Positions 39,350 to 49,613 of a stretch of 64,000 nt of DNA are shown here, one piece after another. The notes below the pieces were generated by a model, which did not search any database, had not been told where the DNA came from, and worked only from the letters and a program-made list of their open reading frames with translations. The DNA lies in the IMG/VR virus record IMGVR_UViG_3300042308_001511, positions 124,001-188,000 of that record. One strand, 5' to 3'. The translations under genes and the position numbers were made by a program. Positions within the stretch are counted from its first letter, which is position 1. Each line of letters opens with the position of its first letter.

Positions 39350-40015
39350 TTATATAATATTAGGTTCATCAAACCTATTAACTCTTGATTTTATGGGAGT
39401 AGCATCAAAAAGAACTAACTCACCATCACTATTATATCCTAAATTAAAATTATGAAAGTCTAATTTAGGTAGGTCTTTTAAATTAAAGTAACAATTCCAA
39501 ATTTGAGTTACTAGTTTTTTAGAAAATGGTTTATCTAAATTATATTCTTCTTCTATACTATTAATATAATCTTCTTTTTCCAAACTACCCCAGTTGTAAA
39601 AAATTATATCAGTTGCTAAAACGGCCAATGATTCATATACTCGACCATATTTCATTTTATTAAAAAAATCATTTAATCCTTCTACTCTATCCATTATAAT
39701 CACCCAAAGCATTAAACCTTTAGCTTGATATCTAAAAACATTATAATATTTAACAACTGATATATTAACATTTTTTATTAAATCCAATGCCATTTTTGCC
39801 TCTCTTTTATCGGTTGTTACTTTTAAGACTTTATTATCAAAGGAGTAAGCATTTCCATATGAACCACTTGATAAAAATTTAACTTTATTTATATCAATAT
39901 TTAACTTTTGACAAATATCACCTAATTCAATTTTGGATAATGAAATTGATTTTGAACCATATGGGTGTTTGGGTTTCAAATATCTAAATTCTTTTAACTC
40001 CTTTAAGTATTTCAT
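39350..40015 (-). CDS. Protein-kinase-like protein with N-terminal tag
   Basis: LSSGSYGNAY, VLKVT..E, DFHNFNLG, LFDA; starts MKYLKELKEF. Confidence 0.65.
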   Translation of the reverse strand: MKYLKELKEFRYLKPKHPYGSKSISLSKIELGDICQKLNIDINKVKFLSSGSYGNAYSFDNKVLKVTTDKREAKMALDLIKNVNISVVKYYNVFRYQAKGLMLWVIIMDRVEGLNDFFNKMKYGRVYESLAVLATDIIFYNWGSLEKEDYINSIEEEYNLDKPFSKKLVTQIWNCYFNLKDLPKLDFHNFNLGYNSDGELVLFDATPIKSRVNRFDEPNII

Positions 40016-40865
40016 ATTCTTCTTTTAGAGGTATTCTTGGATCTACATCGAACCTATCACTGATATAATCTTTTAGTTCGTTCTCAATGTAATGATCCGG
40101 AACTTCCATATCATCAGGTTCGGAATCCATTTTCACAATTATGTGTTTATTGAAATCTTCCAGAACTTCTGGTTTTATAGCATCTACGAAACCATCAGAA
40201 ACAACAAAAGCACGTGAGAACCTATCTTTTACATCGAAATCACCTTCTGGAACTTTCATATAATAGGTTACAAAAGTTTTTAGGAAATCAACATATTTAG
40301 AATCTGATTCAACGTGTTTTAGAACCGGTTTTATTATTTTATTGAACGTTCTGGAAGTACCTAATACCAATCCAATTACTGCCAACATAGGATAAAAAGG
40401 TGCCAACAAAAGTGGTATGGCTCTTGGAACTGCTTGCCAGACTGCCTTCTTTGCATCCATTGCGATTTTTGCTTCTTTTGCATCTGCGAATATTGCTCTT
40501 AACATACCGAATGTAAACTTACCACCGCTATTTACAAGATAGTCTTTTAACTTACCTCTTTTTGATAATGAAACCTGCGTAGCAATTTCGTCATCCAATA
40601 ATAGTTCGGAGACCTTTTCAGCCTTTTTGGCTTTTAGTGCCGACCAAAAACGCGTGCTCGATAGAAGATAATCAGAATACCCAAGTTCTTTCAACATAAA
40701 TTTGGCTCGGTCTTCGGTCAAATCAATCAAATTGTTAGCCACACCTAAAAGTCTTTCTTTGTTGGCTGTTTCCGATGCTACCTTTCTGAGTTCAGATTTT
40801 AGATTGTCATCCCTAAGTAGTAGACTCTCGACCACAAAATTTTCATATACTTTAAGCTTTCTCAT
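39984..40865 (-). CDS. N-tagged hypothetical protein with a hydrophobic segment
   Basis: Likely start MRKLKVYENF at 40865, after TTATATATA. Confidence 0.65.
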   Translation of the reverse strand: MRKLKVYENFVVESLLLRDDNLKSELRKVASETANKERLLGVANNLIDLTEDRAKFMLKELGYSDYLLSSTRFWSALKAKKAEKVSELLLDDEIATQVSLSKRGKLKDYLVNSGGKFTFGMLRAIFADAKEAKIAMDAKKAVWQAVPRAIPLLLAPFYPMLAVIGLVLGTSRTFNKIIKPVLKHVESDSKYVDFLKTFVTYYMKVPEGDFDVKDRFSRAFVVSDGFVDAIKPEVLEDFNKHIIVKMDSEPDDMEVPDHYIENELKDYISDRFDVDPRIPLKEEYEILKGVKRI

Positions 40866-40907
40866 ACAGACTATATATAAAAGAACCGAAAGCCGATATA
40901 TACAAGC

Positions 40908-42248
40908 ATGAGTCAAAAATCGATAACAGACTTCCTAGCGGATGAGTACAAAGAGTTCGCAATGTACACAATTGAGGGTCGAGCCATACCATCCGTCATA
41001 GATGGTTTCAAGCCGACTGCCAGGAAGATAATACACGTAAGTGCCAACATTTGGCGAACTGGACAAGAGAAACCATTGAAGGTATTCCAACTTTCTGGTA
41101 AAGTGGCGTCGGATGCATTTTACCATCATGGATCTTCCAGTTTGGAAAACGCCATCATAACAATGGCACAGAAGTTTAAAAATAACGCTCCACTTCTTGA
41201 AGAGATAGGACAATTTGGATCTCTGAGATCTCCTCAGGCTGCGGCACCTCGATATATTGGAACCAAACTGAACAACAATTTCAGGTTACTCTACAAAGAC
41301 TTTGAACTACTCGACTTCAAAGAAGAGGAAGGTGAAGCGATTGAACCAAAATACTTTTTACCAATTATACCGACAGTATTGATTAATGGATCACAAGGTA
41401 TATCTGTTGGGTTCACTTCAAATGTATTGAACAGAGATGTGAAGGGTATAACAGATGCTTGTATTGATATATTGAAAGGTAAAGAACCAAGAGAAGTCAA
41501 ACCGTCACTCAATGAATTTACTGGTGAATTTACAAGAGATGTTGATAATCACAAAAGGTGGTTGATACGTGGTAAGTTTCAACGAGTAAATACTTCTACT
41601 ATTAGAATAACGGAATTACCACCATCATTGACATATGAGAAATATGAAGAGATTCTTGATGAATTATGTGAGAAAAAGAAGATTGTATCTTACGATGATA
41701 ATTGTGCTGACAACGTTGATTTTACTATAAAATTCACAAGATCTGACTTAGAATCATTAGACGATGAAAAAATTGTAAAGTTATTGAAACTTGAAGAGGC
41801 AGAAACGGAAGCCTTCTCTACTTTGGATGAGAATGGTAAACTTAAAATATTCAATAGTGCATCTGATATAATAAAATACTTTGTAGAATTCAGACTCAAC
41901 TACTATCATAAGAGGAAAGCATTCTTACTTGATAGAATGAATAAAGACCTCAAAATTCTTAGTAATAGAGGAAGATTCATCAAGGCAATACTCGATGAAA
42001 AGTTGAAGATAAACAATGTTCCTAAGGCAGAGATAGTAAAGGGTATAGAGTTACTCGGATTAGACCTGATAGAAGGAAACTATGATTACTTACTCAGGAT
42101 GCCAATCTACTCATTGACACAGGAACTTTTCGAGAAATTAAAAGCAGATTTCACTGCAAAAAAGGTAGAGATAAAGAAATTAGAAGAAACCGAACCTAAG
42201 GATATGTACTTAGACGACTTAGACGAGTTGAAAAGAAAGTTCAAATGA
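40908..42248 (+). CDS. DNA topoisomerase II medium subunit (T4 gp52-like)
   Basis: RAIPSVIDGFKP, YHHG, AAAPRY (catalytic Tyr), ITELP. Confidence 0.95.
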   Translation: MSQKSITDFLADEYKEFAMYTIEGRAIPSVIDGFKPTARKIIHVSANIWRTGQEKPLKVFQLSGKVASDAFYHHGSSSLENAIITMAQKFKNNAPLLEEIGQFGSLRSPQAAAPRYIGTKLNNNFRLLYKDFELLDFKEEEGEAIEPKYFLPIIPTVLINGSQGISVGFTSNVLNRDVKGITDACIDILKGKEPREVKPSLNEFTGEFTRDVDNHKRWLIRGKFQRVNTSTIRITELPPSLTYEKYEEILDELCEKKKIVSYDDNCADNVDFTIKFTRSDLESLDDEKIVKLLKLEEAETEAFSTLDENGKLKIFNSASDIIKYFVEFRLNYYHKRKAFLLDRMNKDLKILSNRGRFIKAILDEKLKINNVPKAEIVKGIELLGLDLIEGNYDYLLRMPIYSLTQELFEKLKADFTAKKVEIKKLEETEPKDMYLDDLDELKRKFK

Positions 42249-42592
42249 TGGCTGAAATGTGGACAATCATATCACATATAGAGTCTCCATTTATGGAGGA
42301 AGGTTCAATAATATTTGAGATGCAGGATTCTTATTGGTACCTCGAAGCAGATCCTTACAAAATACGAGAGGTTGTGAATATGCCATCTTATATTGTTTCG
42401 GATTGGCTTTGGGCTAACAGGAAACCACTTGATGAGAAAACGATCGAATCACATATAATTCGAAAAGAGGCCGAAGCCAAATATGACTCAATGCAAGCCA
42501 AACCTGGAAGTCCGAGTCTTATATTAGAAAGTCTTAGAGCATTGAAGAGGGACCTTTTGATTGGTCTGGTGTTAAGAAACGATTCTGAATAA
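42245..42592 (+). CDS. Hypothetical protein with C-terminal tag
   Basis: Ends RDLLIGLVLRNDSE. Confidence 0.6.
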   Translation: MMAEMWTIISHIESPFMEEGSIIFEMQDSYWYLEADPYKIREVVNMPSYIVSDWLWANRKPLDEKTIESHIIRKEAEAKYDSMQAKPGSPSLILESLRALKRDLLIGLVLRNDSE

Positions 42593-42621
42593 TAATATAT
42601 ACAAAAAACTTTTATATTGAG

Positions 42622-42882
42622 ATGAAACACTTAAATTCGTACAAAACCTTCGAGAATATGGAAAGAGATAGTATGCAAAGAGACATTTGCGACAGATGTG
42701 AGCAACCTCCTATAAATAATACTACAATAATGAGTAAGTTCAACACGCAAGTAATCTGTATGCCGTGCAAAAAAAAAGAGATGAAACACACTAAATACGA
42801 AGACGCGTGTAAAGCAGAAAAGCAAGCAAATGATAAAGGTGATTATAACTTCAAAGGGATAGGAAAGCCAGATGATTTATAA
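42622..42882 (+). CDS. Small CxxC..CxxC zinc-binding protein with N-terminal tag
   Basis: CDRC..ICMPC; starts MKHLNSYKTFE. Confidence 0.6.
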   Translation: MKHLNSYKTFENMERDSMQRDICDRCEQPPINNTTIMSKFNTQVICMPCKKKEMKHTKYEDACKAEKQANDKGDYNFKGIGKPDDL

Positions 42883-43424
42883 TGAGATACATTAAGCTTT
42901 ACGAAGAGTTCGGACACGACGAGATTTACGACGTGATGATGTCCATATGCGATACTGTCTCTTTTAAAGAGTCGGATGTTTACCCTTCCACCGAAAGTAT
43001 CAGGGTCTACGAGACATCTGAACCCGTAGAGTTCGATCCTAATCAATATGAGGAATACCTGGAGGGTTGGACTATCAGACGCTTCATAATTGCTAATTGG
43101 GTTGTAATAGGCGGTAAAAATATTATTGCTTTCATAAAGGGAGACTATAAAGAGGCTAGTATATCCTGGTTGAAAGAAGTATATGGGAATCTAAAACCAA
43201 AGGAGCAAGATGGTAATATCTATTATAGAGATGGTGAAAGCGAACCTTTATTTTACTATTACAAATACAACACCGGGTACTACTACGTCAACCATAAAAG
43301 AATTTGGTCACTTTTTGAATATTTCGGTCTAAAAAAAGATGAAATAAGGAAATTGATAAGTGTTTGGCTTAGAGATATCTATAATTTAAGTGAACTCGCA
43401 CCTGATCCAAAATATTATATGTAG
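42882..43424 (+). CDS. N-tagged hypothetical protein, paralogue of 34435..35025
   Basis: Starts MRYIKLYEEF. Confidence 0.7.
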   Translation: MRYIKLYEEFGHDEIYDVMMSICDTVSFKESDVYPSTESIRVYETSEPVEFDPNQYEEYLEGWTIRRFIIANWVVIGGKNIIAFIKGDYKEASISWLKEVYGNLKPKEQDGNIYYRDGESEPLFYYYKYNTGYYYVNHKRIWSLFEYFGLKKDEIRKLISVWLRDIYNLSELAPDPKYYM

Positions 43425-43446
43425 AAAAAGAAGTCTGCAATAAACA

Positions 43447-44070
43447 ATGACTAACATTTTTCCATATCTTTACCGAATGGAAAACAGATTCACTGCAAAG
43501 ATGGAGCCAATAACACGAGCTCTAATACTTACAAACATACTCATATTCATCATCGAACTCGTACTAAGTTCATACGGAATGGAATCGTGGTTCAAACCAT
43601 TAATATTCGATTGTGCCAACATATTACCTCATCAGTTTATCACTTACCAGTTCTTACATAATAGTATAAACCATCTCTACAACAACCTGATTGTACTATA
43701 CTTTTTCGGACCCGCTTGTGAGAGGTTCTTAGGAAAGACTAAGTTCATATTATTATACCTATTATTCGGTGTGATTGCAGTATTTTCACATATGTTACTT
43801 AGTGGTCGTAGCGACACCATAGTCGGTGCATCTGGATCTATATTTGGCATAGTCGCACTTTTCACACTGATAGAAAAATCCTACTTGTACATTAGAGAAC
43901 GAAAAATCCTACCTATCGCTGCAATATCATTCATACTAATAGCAATGGAACTTCCACATATATTTGATCATGATAAAATTGGACATATGGCACATATGGG
44001 TGGTGTCGTATCGGGTGTGATAACATACTTTGTATTTAGGCCTAAAAAAGATTCAGAGTTTCCTGAATAG
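43447..44070 (+). CDS. Rhomboid-family intramembrane serine protease
   Basis: FLH..HLYNN, VGASG, AHMGG, multiple TM segments. Confidence 0.9.
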   Translation: MTNIFPYLYRMENRFTAKMEPITRALILTNILIFIIELVLSSYGMESWFKPLIFDCANILPHQFITYQFLHNSINHLYNNLIVLYFFGPACERFLGKTKFILLYLLFGVIAVFSHMLLSGRSDTIVGASGSIFGIVALFTLIEKSYLYIRERKILPIAAISFILIAMELPHIFDHDKIGHMAHMGGVVSGVITYFVFRPKKDSEFPE

Positions 44071-44078
44071 TATTTCTA

Positions 44079-45059
44079 CTATATTTTTTTACCGAAACTA
44101 TCAAATGAATGTATCCTTCCGTATGTCTTTGATTCGAAAGAAGGACTTAGAGTTCTTCCTTTTCTTTTTGTGGCTCTATCGATATTAAATTTATCCATCT
44201 CTTCGTGGTAACCTTTCCAGAAATCTTGTATCTCTTTATTGAAAAATGCCTTAACTGAATCTACTGCATTTCTGTATATCTCAGGCATTTTTTTAAAACC
44301 ATTTATCATTTTTATAAATGGCCAAGTACATATAAACAACGCTACAGCTGATATTTTTTTAGCTTTTCCACCTGAACTCTCCATAAGTCGGGAAACCTTC
44401 TCTGCAAATTCAGAAAACCACTTAACACCAGATTTTTTGGCATCTATTATTGATTTTTTGATAGATTCATAACTCTTAGAAACCCATCCTTTCATCTGTG
44501 TAATTTTTTCCCTAGTAGAAATAAAGAACGACTCTATTTTAGAAGTTATGTCGGTAAAAAGTTTCTGACAAGCGGTTTTGAATTCTGCTATCTTTTCTTT
44601 TGATGCCTCTATAGCATTGAATATAGTAATCTTTGTGTTGTCATATACTTCAGAAACCTTTGTTTTGAATGCATCATAACCATTTGATAATGCTTTACCT
44701 GCGGCAGATAAGCCTTGACTAACTTTGTTTTTGATATCTTTGAAGAAATTACCTATAGATTCCCATGCATTTTTAGCCAATTCTTTACCTTTATTCCACA
44801 TATCTGAACCTTTAGACTTTACTTTATCTAAATTCTGTTTGAAACTATCCCAACCATCAACGGCTTTATCTTTGGCACCAGTGAATAAATTTTTTGTTTT
44901 GGCTATTGTTTTACCAATAAAACTGCCCAATCCTTCATTCATACCATTCTCGAAACCCATTATAAGAATTTTTCTATCCTCTGATGATATTGACTCGTCA
45001 AGTCTGTAGACTTTGTCGTATATGTCTTGTATAGTTGATTTGAAAACTTGAAATTCCAT
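44079..45059 (-). CDS. Helical (apolipoprotein-like) repeat protein
   Basis: Amphipathic K/A-rich helices; ends IHSFDSFGKKI. Confidence 0.55.
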   Translation of the reverse strand: MEFQVFKSTIQDIYDKVYRLDESISSEDRKILIMGFENGMNEGLGSFIGKTIAKTKNLFTGAKDKAVDGWDSFKQNLDKVKSKGSDMWNKGKELAKNAWESIGNFFKDIKNKVSQGLSAAGKALSNGYDAFKTKVSEVYDNTKITIFNAIEASKEKIAEFKTACQKLFTDITSKIESFFISTREKITQMKGWVSKSYESIKKSIIDAKKSGVKWFSEFAEKVSRLMESSGGKAKKISAVALFICTWPFIKMINGFKKMPEIYRNAVDSVKAFFNKEIQDFWKGYHEEMDKFNIDRATKRKGRTLSPSFESKTYGRIHSFDSFGKKI

Positions 45060-45134
45060 TATAAATAAGTTTTGTTTTTTTGTATATATTAATTTCTGAT
45101 GGTATTTAATGCAACATCATGATATAAAGATATA

Positions 45135-45872
45135 TTATTTGTTCCCTCTTAAAAAATCTTTGAATTTATCTACTCCTTCTTTTATAGATTCGAATATTCC
45201 AAAGTGTGTAGAGAATGATTTCCACTCTTTTTTGTAGCCATCTTTTGTTTCGTCTTTTTCGTCTTGTAAGTACTGCCAATTACCACTTAGTATCTTTGGT
45301 GTTTTGAATCCGAAAAAATTGAGTACTTCTTTTTCTAATTCAATTGATTCTTTACCGTTCCAGTTGTGTCCTACTGCGATTACTCCGGCTTCTTTATCTT
45401 TTAGTAAATTTGATTCACCTAATGTGGTATGTCTGTTTTCGATCCATGTTAATCTTTCAATCAATGTTGAATATACTGCGTTCATTTTACCCCATCTGAT
45501 AGATCCGAAGAATATTACTATTTCTGCGTCGAGTATTGCGTTTGCAACTTTATGCATTTCATCCGTAGGATTATTTATCGATGCCCAACATCTTATTTGT
45601 CCGGTTGGATTCTTCTTTCTATCTTTCAGAATTGCATCTTTTATACCACAGTGGTTTCCACCGTGTGTTGATACGTTTCCTTCACACGGAAATATTTTTA
45701 GTCTGGATACGTTTATAATTTCTACTGATTTTATATGTTTTGTTAATTCGTTAGCAAGTAGTGACGATTTTGGTTGTTCTTCTAAACCTTCCCATCTATT
45801 AGAAGTTGTAAGTAACAATACTTTTTTGTCACATTTTGATAAGTAATCAATTAGTTTTTTGTAATTCATCAT
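45135..45872 (-). CDS. Flavodoxin-like / NADPH-dependent FMN reductase-family protein
   Basis: PKSSLLA, IFPCEGNVS..CG..RCW, FFGSIRWG, LIERL. Confidence 0.7.
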   Translation of the reverse strand: MMNYKKLIDYLSKCDKKVLLLTTSNRWEGLEEQPKSSLLANELTKHIKSVEIINVSRLKIFPCEGNVSTHGGNHCGIKDAILKDRKKNPTGQIRCWASINNPTDEMHKVANAILDAEIVIFFGSIRWGKMNAVYSTLIERLTWIENRHTTLGESNLLKDKEAGVIAVGHNWNGKESIELEKEVLNFFGFKTPKILSGNWQYLQDEKDETKDGYKKEWKSFSTHFGIFESIKEGVDKFKDFLRGNK

Positions 45873-45883
45873 TTTCTATATAT

Positions 45884-46780
45884 TTACAATAATGATTCTA
45901 TTTTTGATAGCATCTCGTTTAATTTGTTTGTATAGAATGATGGATCTCTTCTGTATGTTTCCGTTGATGTGTATGAACCTGAATTTATTATGGATCCTGA
46001 GTATTCCATAAATTCGAACAGTATTGATCTTATTGATGAATCTTTGTTGTTAGACTCTTCTTTGAATAATTTGGATTCTTTCTCATCGAGTTCTTTTTCC
46101 CTTTTTGATAAAATCAACATATCTTCTTCAATCTTCTTCTTCATCTCTTTGTACTTTGCATCTGTCTTTTCGGTTGTACTCAATATATGTAAGTCTATTT
46201 TGTTTGCTTCCTCTTTTAGTTCTGCTTCCCTAATGTCTAGTTTTTCTGACTTATCAGTTAACTCTTTTGTTTTTTGGTCTAATTTTTCGGATTTTTTAGA
46301 AATAAGATTGTACTCTGTTTTTGTTTCTTTGTCTCTTCTTTCTGCTTTGGCCATTAGTTCATCGGCCTGTTCTTTTATTGAGTTGACTTCTGCCATTTTC
46401 TTCTCAATCTCTTTCTCTTTTTTGAATAAGATGGTGTCTTTTTCTTCTAATTGTTTTTCTTTAACACTATCAACATTTGTTACAACACTTTCTCCTACAC
46501 TACTAAGTATCATTTCTTCTATAAAAGGTATTAATTTTTTACCTAATTGTGCAGGTTGTGGCATTTTGTTGGATCTCATATAAGAGAGTAGTTCTGCTTT
46601 CCAATCTACTACTTCAAAGAATTCTGGATTATTATCTACTATGTCTCTATCGATTGGTATAACCTCGTTTTTGACTTTATAGTTGTATTCTTCCAGTATT
46701 GTACCTGACTTTAGTATAAATATCTTTTTGTCTGGAGATACGTACTGAAACTCACTTATTAGTTTGTGCTTTGCTTTCAT
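45884..46780 (-). CDS. Coiled-coil protein
   Basis: Long E/K-rich segment. Confidence 0.6.
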   Translation of the reverse strand: MKAKHKLISEFQYVSPDKKIFILKSGTILEEYNYKVKNEVIPIDRDIVDNNPEFFEVVDWKAELLSYMRSNKMPQPAQLGKKLIPFIEEMILSSVGESVVTNVDSVKEKQLEEKDTILFKKEKEIEKKMAEVNSIKEQADELMAKAERRDKETKTEYNLISKKSEKLDQKTKELTDKSEKLDIREAELKEEANKIDLHILSTTEKTDAKYKEMKKKIEEDMLILSKREKELDEKESKLFKEESNNKDSSIRSILFEFMEYSGSIINSGSYTSTETYRRDPSFYTNKLNEMLSKIESLL

Positions 46781-46857
46781 AATAAAAAAAATTGTTTTTT
46801 TTCGTATTTCTTTATATATTAGTGCTAAACTCTTTCACTATGTTGAATAATAACTTT

Positions 46858-47067
46858 ATGCACAAAGGAGATAAACTAATATGTACAAAAGAAGTACGTA
46901 ACTACTTAGGTTGGTTACTTTTCGAGAAAGGTAAAGAGTATGATGTATTGTATGTAGATCATAATGATATTAAAGTGATGGTTTGTATTAACCATACACT
47001 CTATGGTAATGAGTATAACTCTTTCCCAATTGAATGGGTAAGAGAACATTTCGTGCACAAAAAATAG
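46858..47067 (+). CDS. Small beta-rich (SH3-like) protein
   Basis: KGDKLIC..FEKGKEY..HF; similar pattern in 47078 and 26265. Confidence 0.5.
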   Translation: MHKGDKLICTKEVRNYLGWLLFEKGKEYDVLYVDHNDIKVMVCINHTLYGNEYNSFPIEWVREHFVHKK

Positions 47068-47077
47068 AGCCTATGGC

Positions 47078-47299
47078 TTGGAAGAAATTGAGTTTGAGGC
47101 GATATGCGTCAGGACATACTTCTGTGAGAAGATGGGAGGAACAGTAAGGTTCAAAAGGGGTGACCGTGTGAGATACAAAAAGTTTGGTAACTTCGTTATA
47201 ATAGACGGGTGTCTGGACGTGTTCAAAACACAGTTCGAGAGGTACTTCAAAGACGTGTCGGATTTGAGAGAGGAAAGGATTAACGAGATACTTGATTGA
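47078..47299 (+). CDS. Small protein with C-terminal tag
   Basis: Ends REERINEILD. Confidence 0.6.
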   Translation: MEEIEFEAICVRTYFCEKMGGTVRFKRGDRVRYKKFGNFVIIDGCLDVFKTQFERYFKDVSDLREERINEILD

Positions 47300-47972
47300 T
47301 ATGAACTATGAATTTTTGAGCGTGGAAGATATGGTCATTGCTGTGTCGGATACGCTTTCCTTCGTATGTAGGGGAATAACGAACACGGTTGATGGGCAGA
47401 CGCTCAGGTTCTACGACCGTGAGCTCGTCGTCATTGGTAAAGAGAAGGCGATTGCGAAGCGTGTCTTCTACGTTCCGGATCAACACGCTGGTAAGGTCAC
47501 ACGTATGAGAAGGGTGACTACAGGTGAGGAGTACGACCGTGACGTTAAGTGTTGGAGGAAGGTTATCCCAGATCGAGAGATTTACAGCGGTGGGTATATG
47601 GACGTCAGTACAACCAAAGAGCTCAACTTCGGCTACTACACCAAAACCACAAAGACTGACCACGTCAGCATAGGTATCTGGTCTGCCAGTTATGGCATAC
47701 AGAAGGATCAATTGAGGAGTGCACTAACTGAGTTCATCGGAGGACTATCCAAAAGTAAGAGGAAGACACTTAGTAGAGCGATTATCAAATATCAGAACAG
47801 ACTTGAACTCTTCAAAAGACTATGTAAGATATTCAGGATAACAGTTCCAGTCGAAGTCGGACAGAAGCGAGTAGAGATGTCGTTCTACGGTGTCGAGTCG
47901 ATACCGACAAAGGAGGAGGAAAGAGATAGAATAATAGCGGACATAATAAGTTCGAAACGAATAATAGAATAG
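47292..47972 (+). CDS. Hypothetical protein with C-terminal tag
   Basis: Ends RDRIIADIISSKRIIE. Confidence 0.6.
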   Translation: MIDMNYEFLSVEDMVIAVSDTLSFVCRGITNTVDGQTLRFYDRELVVIGKEKAIAKRVFYVPDQHAGKVTRMRRVTTGEEYDRDVKCWRKVIPDREIYSGGYMDVSTTKELNFGYYTKTTKTDHVSIGIWSASYGIQKDQLRSALTEFIGGLSKSKRKTLSRAIIKYQNRLELFKRLCKIFRITVPVEVGQKRVEMSFYGVESIPTKEEERDRIIADIISSKRIIE

Positions 47973-47973
47973 T

Positions 47974-48738
47974 ATGGAAGGAACTGGTAAACTCAGAATG
48001 AGTGATAGCTACATATTCGGCTGGAATAGCAGAATATATGAGGCACCCAAGGATATGAACGTTATGGTATCTGCTGTTTACACGAACGGTACTGGTATAG
48101 ATGTGAAAATAAGACCGAATATCAGTAATGGTATGATAACGCCATCGATGGGTGAAACAACCGATGAGGTTCTTTTGGACCCACCGGTGAAATACAAAAT
48201 TGTGTTCTCGGTGTCGAAGGATTGTATAGAAGAGTTCGACGAGATAATGAATATGTTGTTGGAACGAAATTTCGACAACGAGGTCTGGAAGAATTCAAAA
48301 AAGAAAGAGACTGTGGTTACTACTAAATCAGTGGTAAAGACTCAGACGGATCACAGGATAGGTAAGGTCGATTATGTACGTTACGAGTGGAAAATGATTG
48401 GATCTCTTTCTGAGGTTATGGCACTATGTTATATTATAGAGAGTTCGGTTGATATATTTGGTAAGTGCTGGGGTGTGACCGAGGATGGTGAGAAGGTTTG
48501 TCAGATGAAGTATCCGATTGGAAGTATTGTATGTGTGGATAACGACAAGTCTACCGATTTCCTGGTATTGGATTGGCACTTCGACCTGTTGAGTCCAAAT
48601 TTCCATCATAGTTATGATGTGGTTTCCATAGTTGAGAAACCGGGTTCAGCGGTTGTTGGTTATGACAGGAGACAGATTGTGAATGAGAGTAGAATTTCGT
48701 GGTCGAGGAACAGTAGAATTGATGACATATTAGAATGA
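47974..48738 (+). CDS. Hypothetical protein with C-terminal tag
   Basis: Ends RNSRIDDILE. Confidence 0.65.
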   Translation: MEGTGKLRMSDSYIFGWNSRIYEAPKDMNVMVSAVYTNGTGIDVKIRPNISNGMITPSMGETTDEVLLDPPVKYKIVFSVSKDCIEEFDEIMNMLLERNFDNEVWKNSKKKETVVTTKSVVKTQTDHRIGKVDYVRYEWKMIGSLSEVMALCYIIESSVDIFGKCWGVTEDGEKVCQMKYPIGSIVCVDNDKSTDFLVLDWHFDLLSPNFHHSYDVVSIVEKPGSAVVGYDRRQIVNESRISWSRNSRIDDILE

Positions 48739-48950
48739 GTATCTACGATAGCTACGATGCTAATAAACTTAGTTGGTCTAAATTGACTGAGGAGGTGTTC
48801 TATAACGGCGTTCCGTTGGGTATGACGATGGAACAACTGGCAGACTATAAGGTTATGACCGGCGGTGGAAACATATTGACTATAATAATGGATAGGTATT
48901 ATGAGGTTTTACCGGATTGGCGTAATGGTAGGCTTGACGAGATACTTTAA
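48735..48950 (+). CDS. Small protein with C-terminal tag
   Basis: Ends RNGRLDEIL. Confidence 0.6.
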   Translation: MSIYDSYDANKLSWSKLTEEVFYNGVPLGMTMEQLADYKVMTGGGNILTIIMDRYYEVLPDWRNGRLDEIL

Positions 48951-48961
48951 TTTTACTATAT

Positions 48962-49465
48962 TTGCTTATGAGGAAGTGGAACGATTTTGAGTTGACCGAC
49001 TATCTCCGTGAAGAGAGGATGAACTGCTATTATTTCTGGTCCAAAGGAAAGATAACTAGGAAAAAATCTCACGAAGGAATATACGAACAGAACCTAGCTG
49101 GAACCTGTGAGTGGAACGGCATCAGACTCAAAAACGGGTTCAACATAATATTCAACAGATTCTTAATAAAATATACTATGGAAGGAAAATGGAACGGCCA
49201 AAGTAAAGCTGAATATTTGAAAAATTATAAAAGAATAGAAGATATCATCTCTAAATCAGATGGTGATGTTGATAAACAAGAGAAACTTGCAAAATTACAA
49301 GCCAATAAAATAAAAGATGAATGGAAAGCCATAAACCGAGCAATTGCAGCAAAAGATATGGATTATGAAAATATCTTTGAAATTTTCTTCCAAAGAGCCT
49401 ACGAATTAGGATCCGTATCAAAACAGGAATATAGAGAATACCAAATGGATAAACTGGGTATATGA
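48962..49465 (+). CDS. Hypothetical protein with C-terminal tag (start uncertain)
   Basis: Ends REYQMDKLGI. Confidence 0.55.
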   Translation: MLMRKWNDFELTDYLREERMNCYYFWSKGKITRKKSHEGIYEQNLAGTCEWNGIRLKNGFNIIFNRFLIKYTMEGKWNGQSKAEYLKNYKRIEDIISKSDGDVDKQEKLAKLQANKIKDEWKAINRAIAAKDMDYENIFEIFFQRAYELGSVSKQEYREYQMDKLGI

Positions 49466-49613
49466 TAGTTCTGTACAATATAATTGTGGTCTTCGTTCTG
49501 GCGTTGATTGTGAAACTTGGTGTCACTTACACTGATTATGAAGAGTATTTTGTTGCACTTGGTGTCATAGACATAGTCTACCTCAGTTGTGTTATTATGT
49601 ATATTTTTATTAA

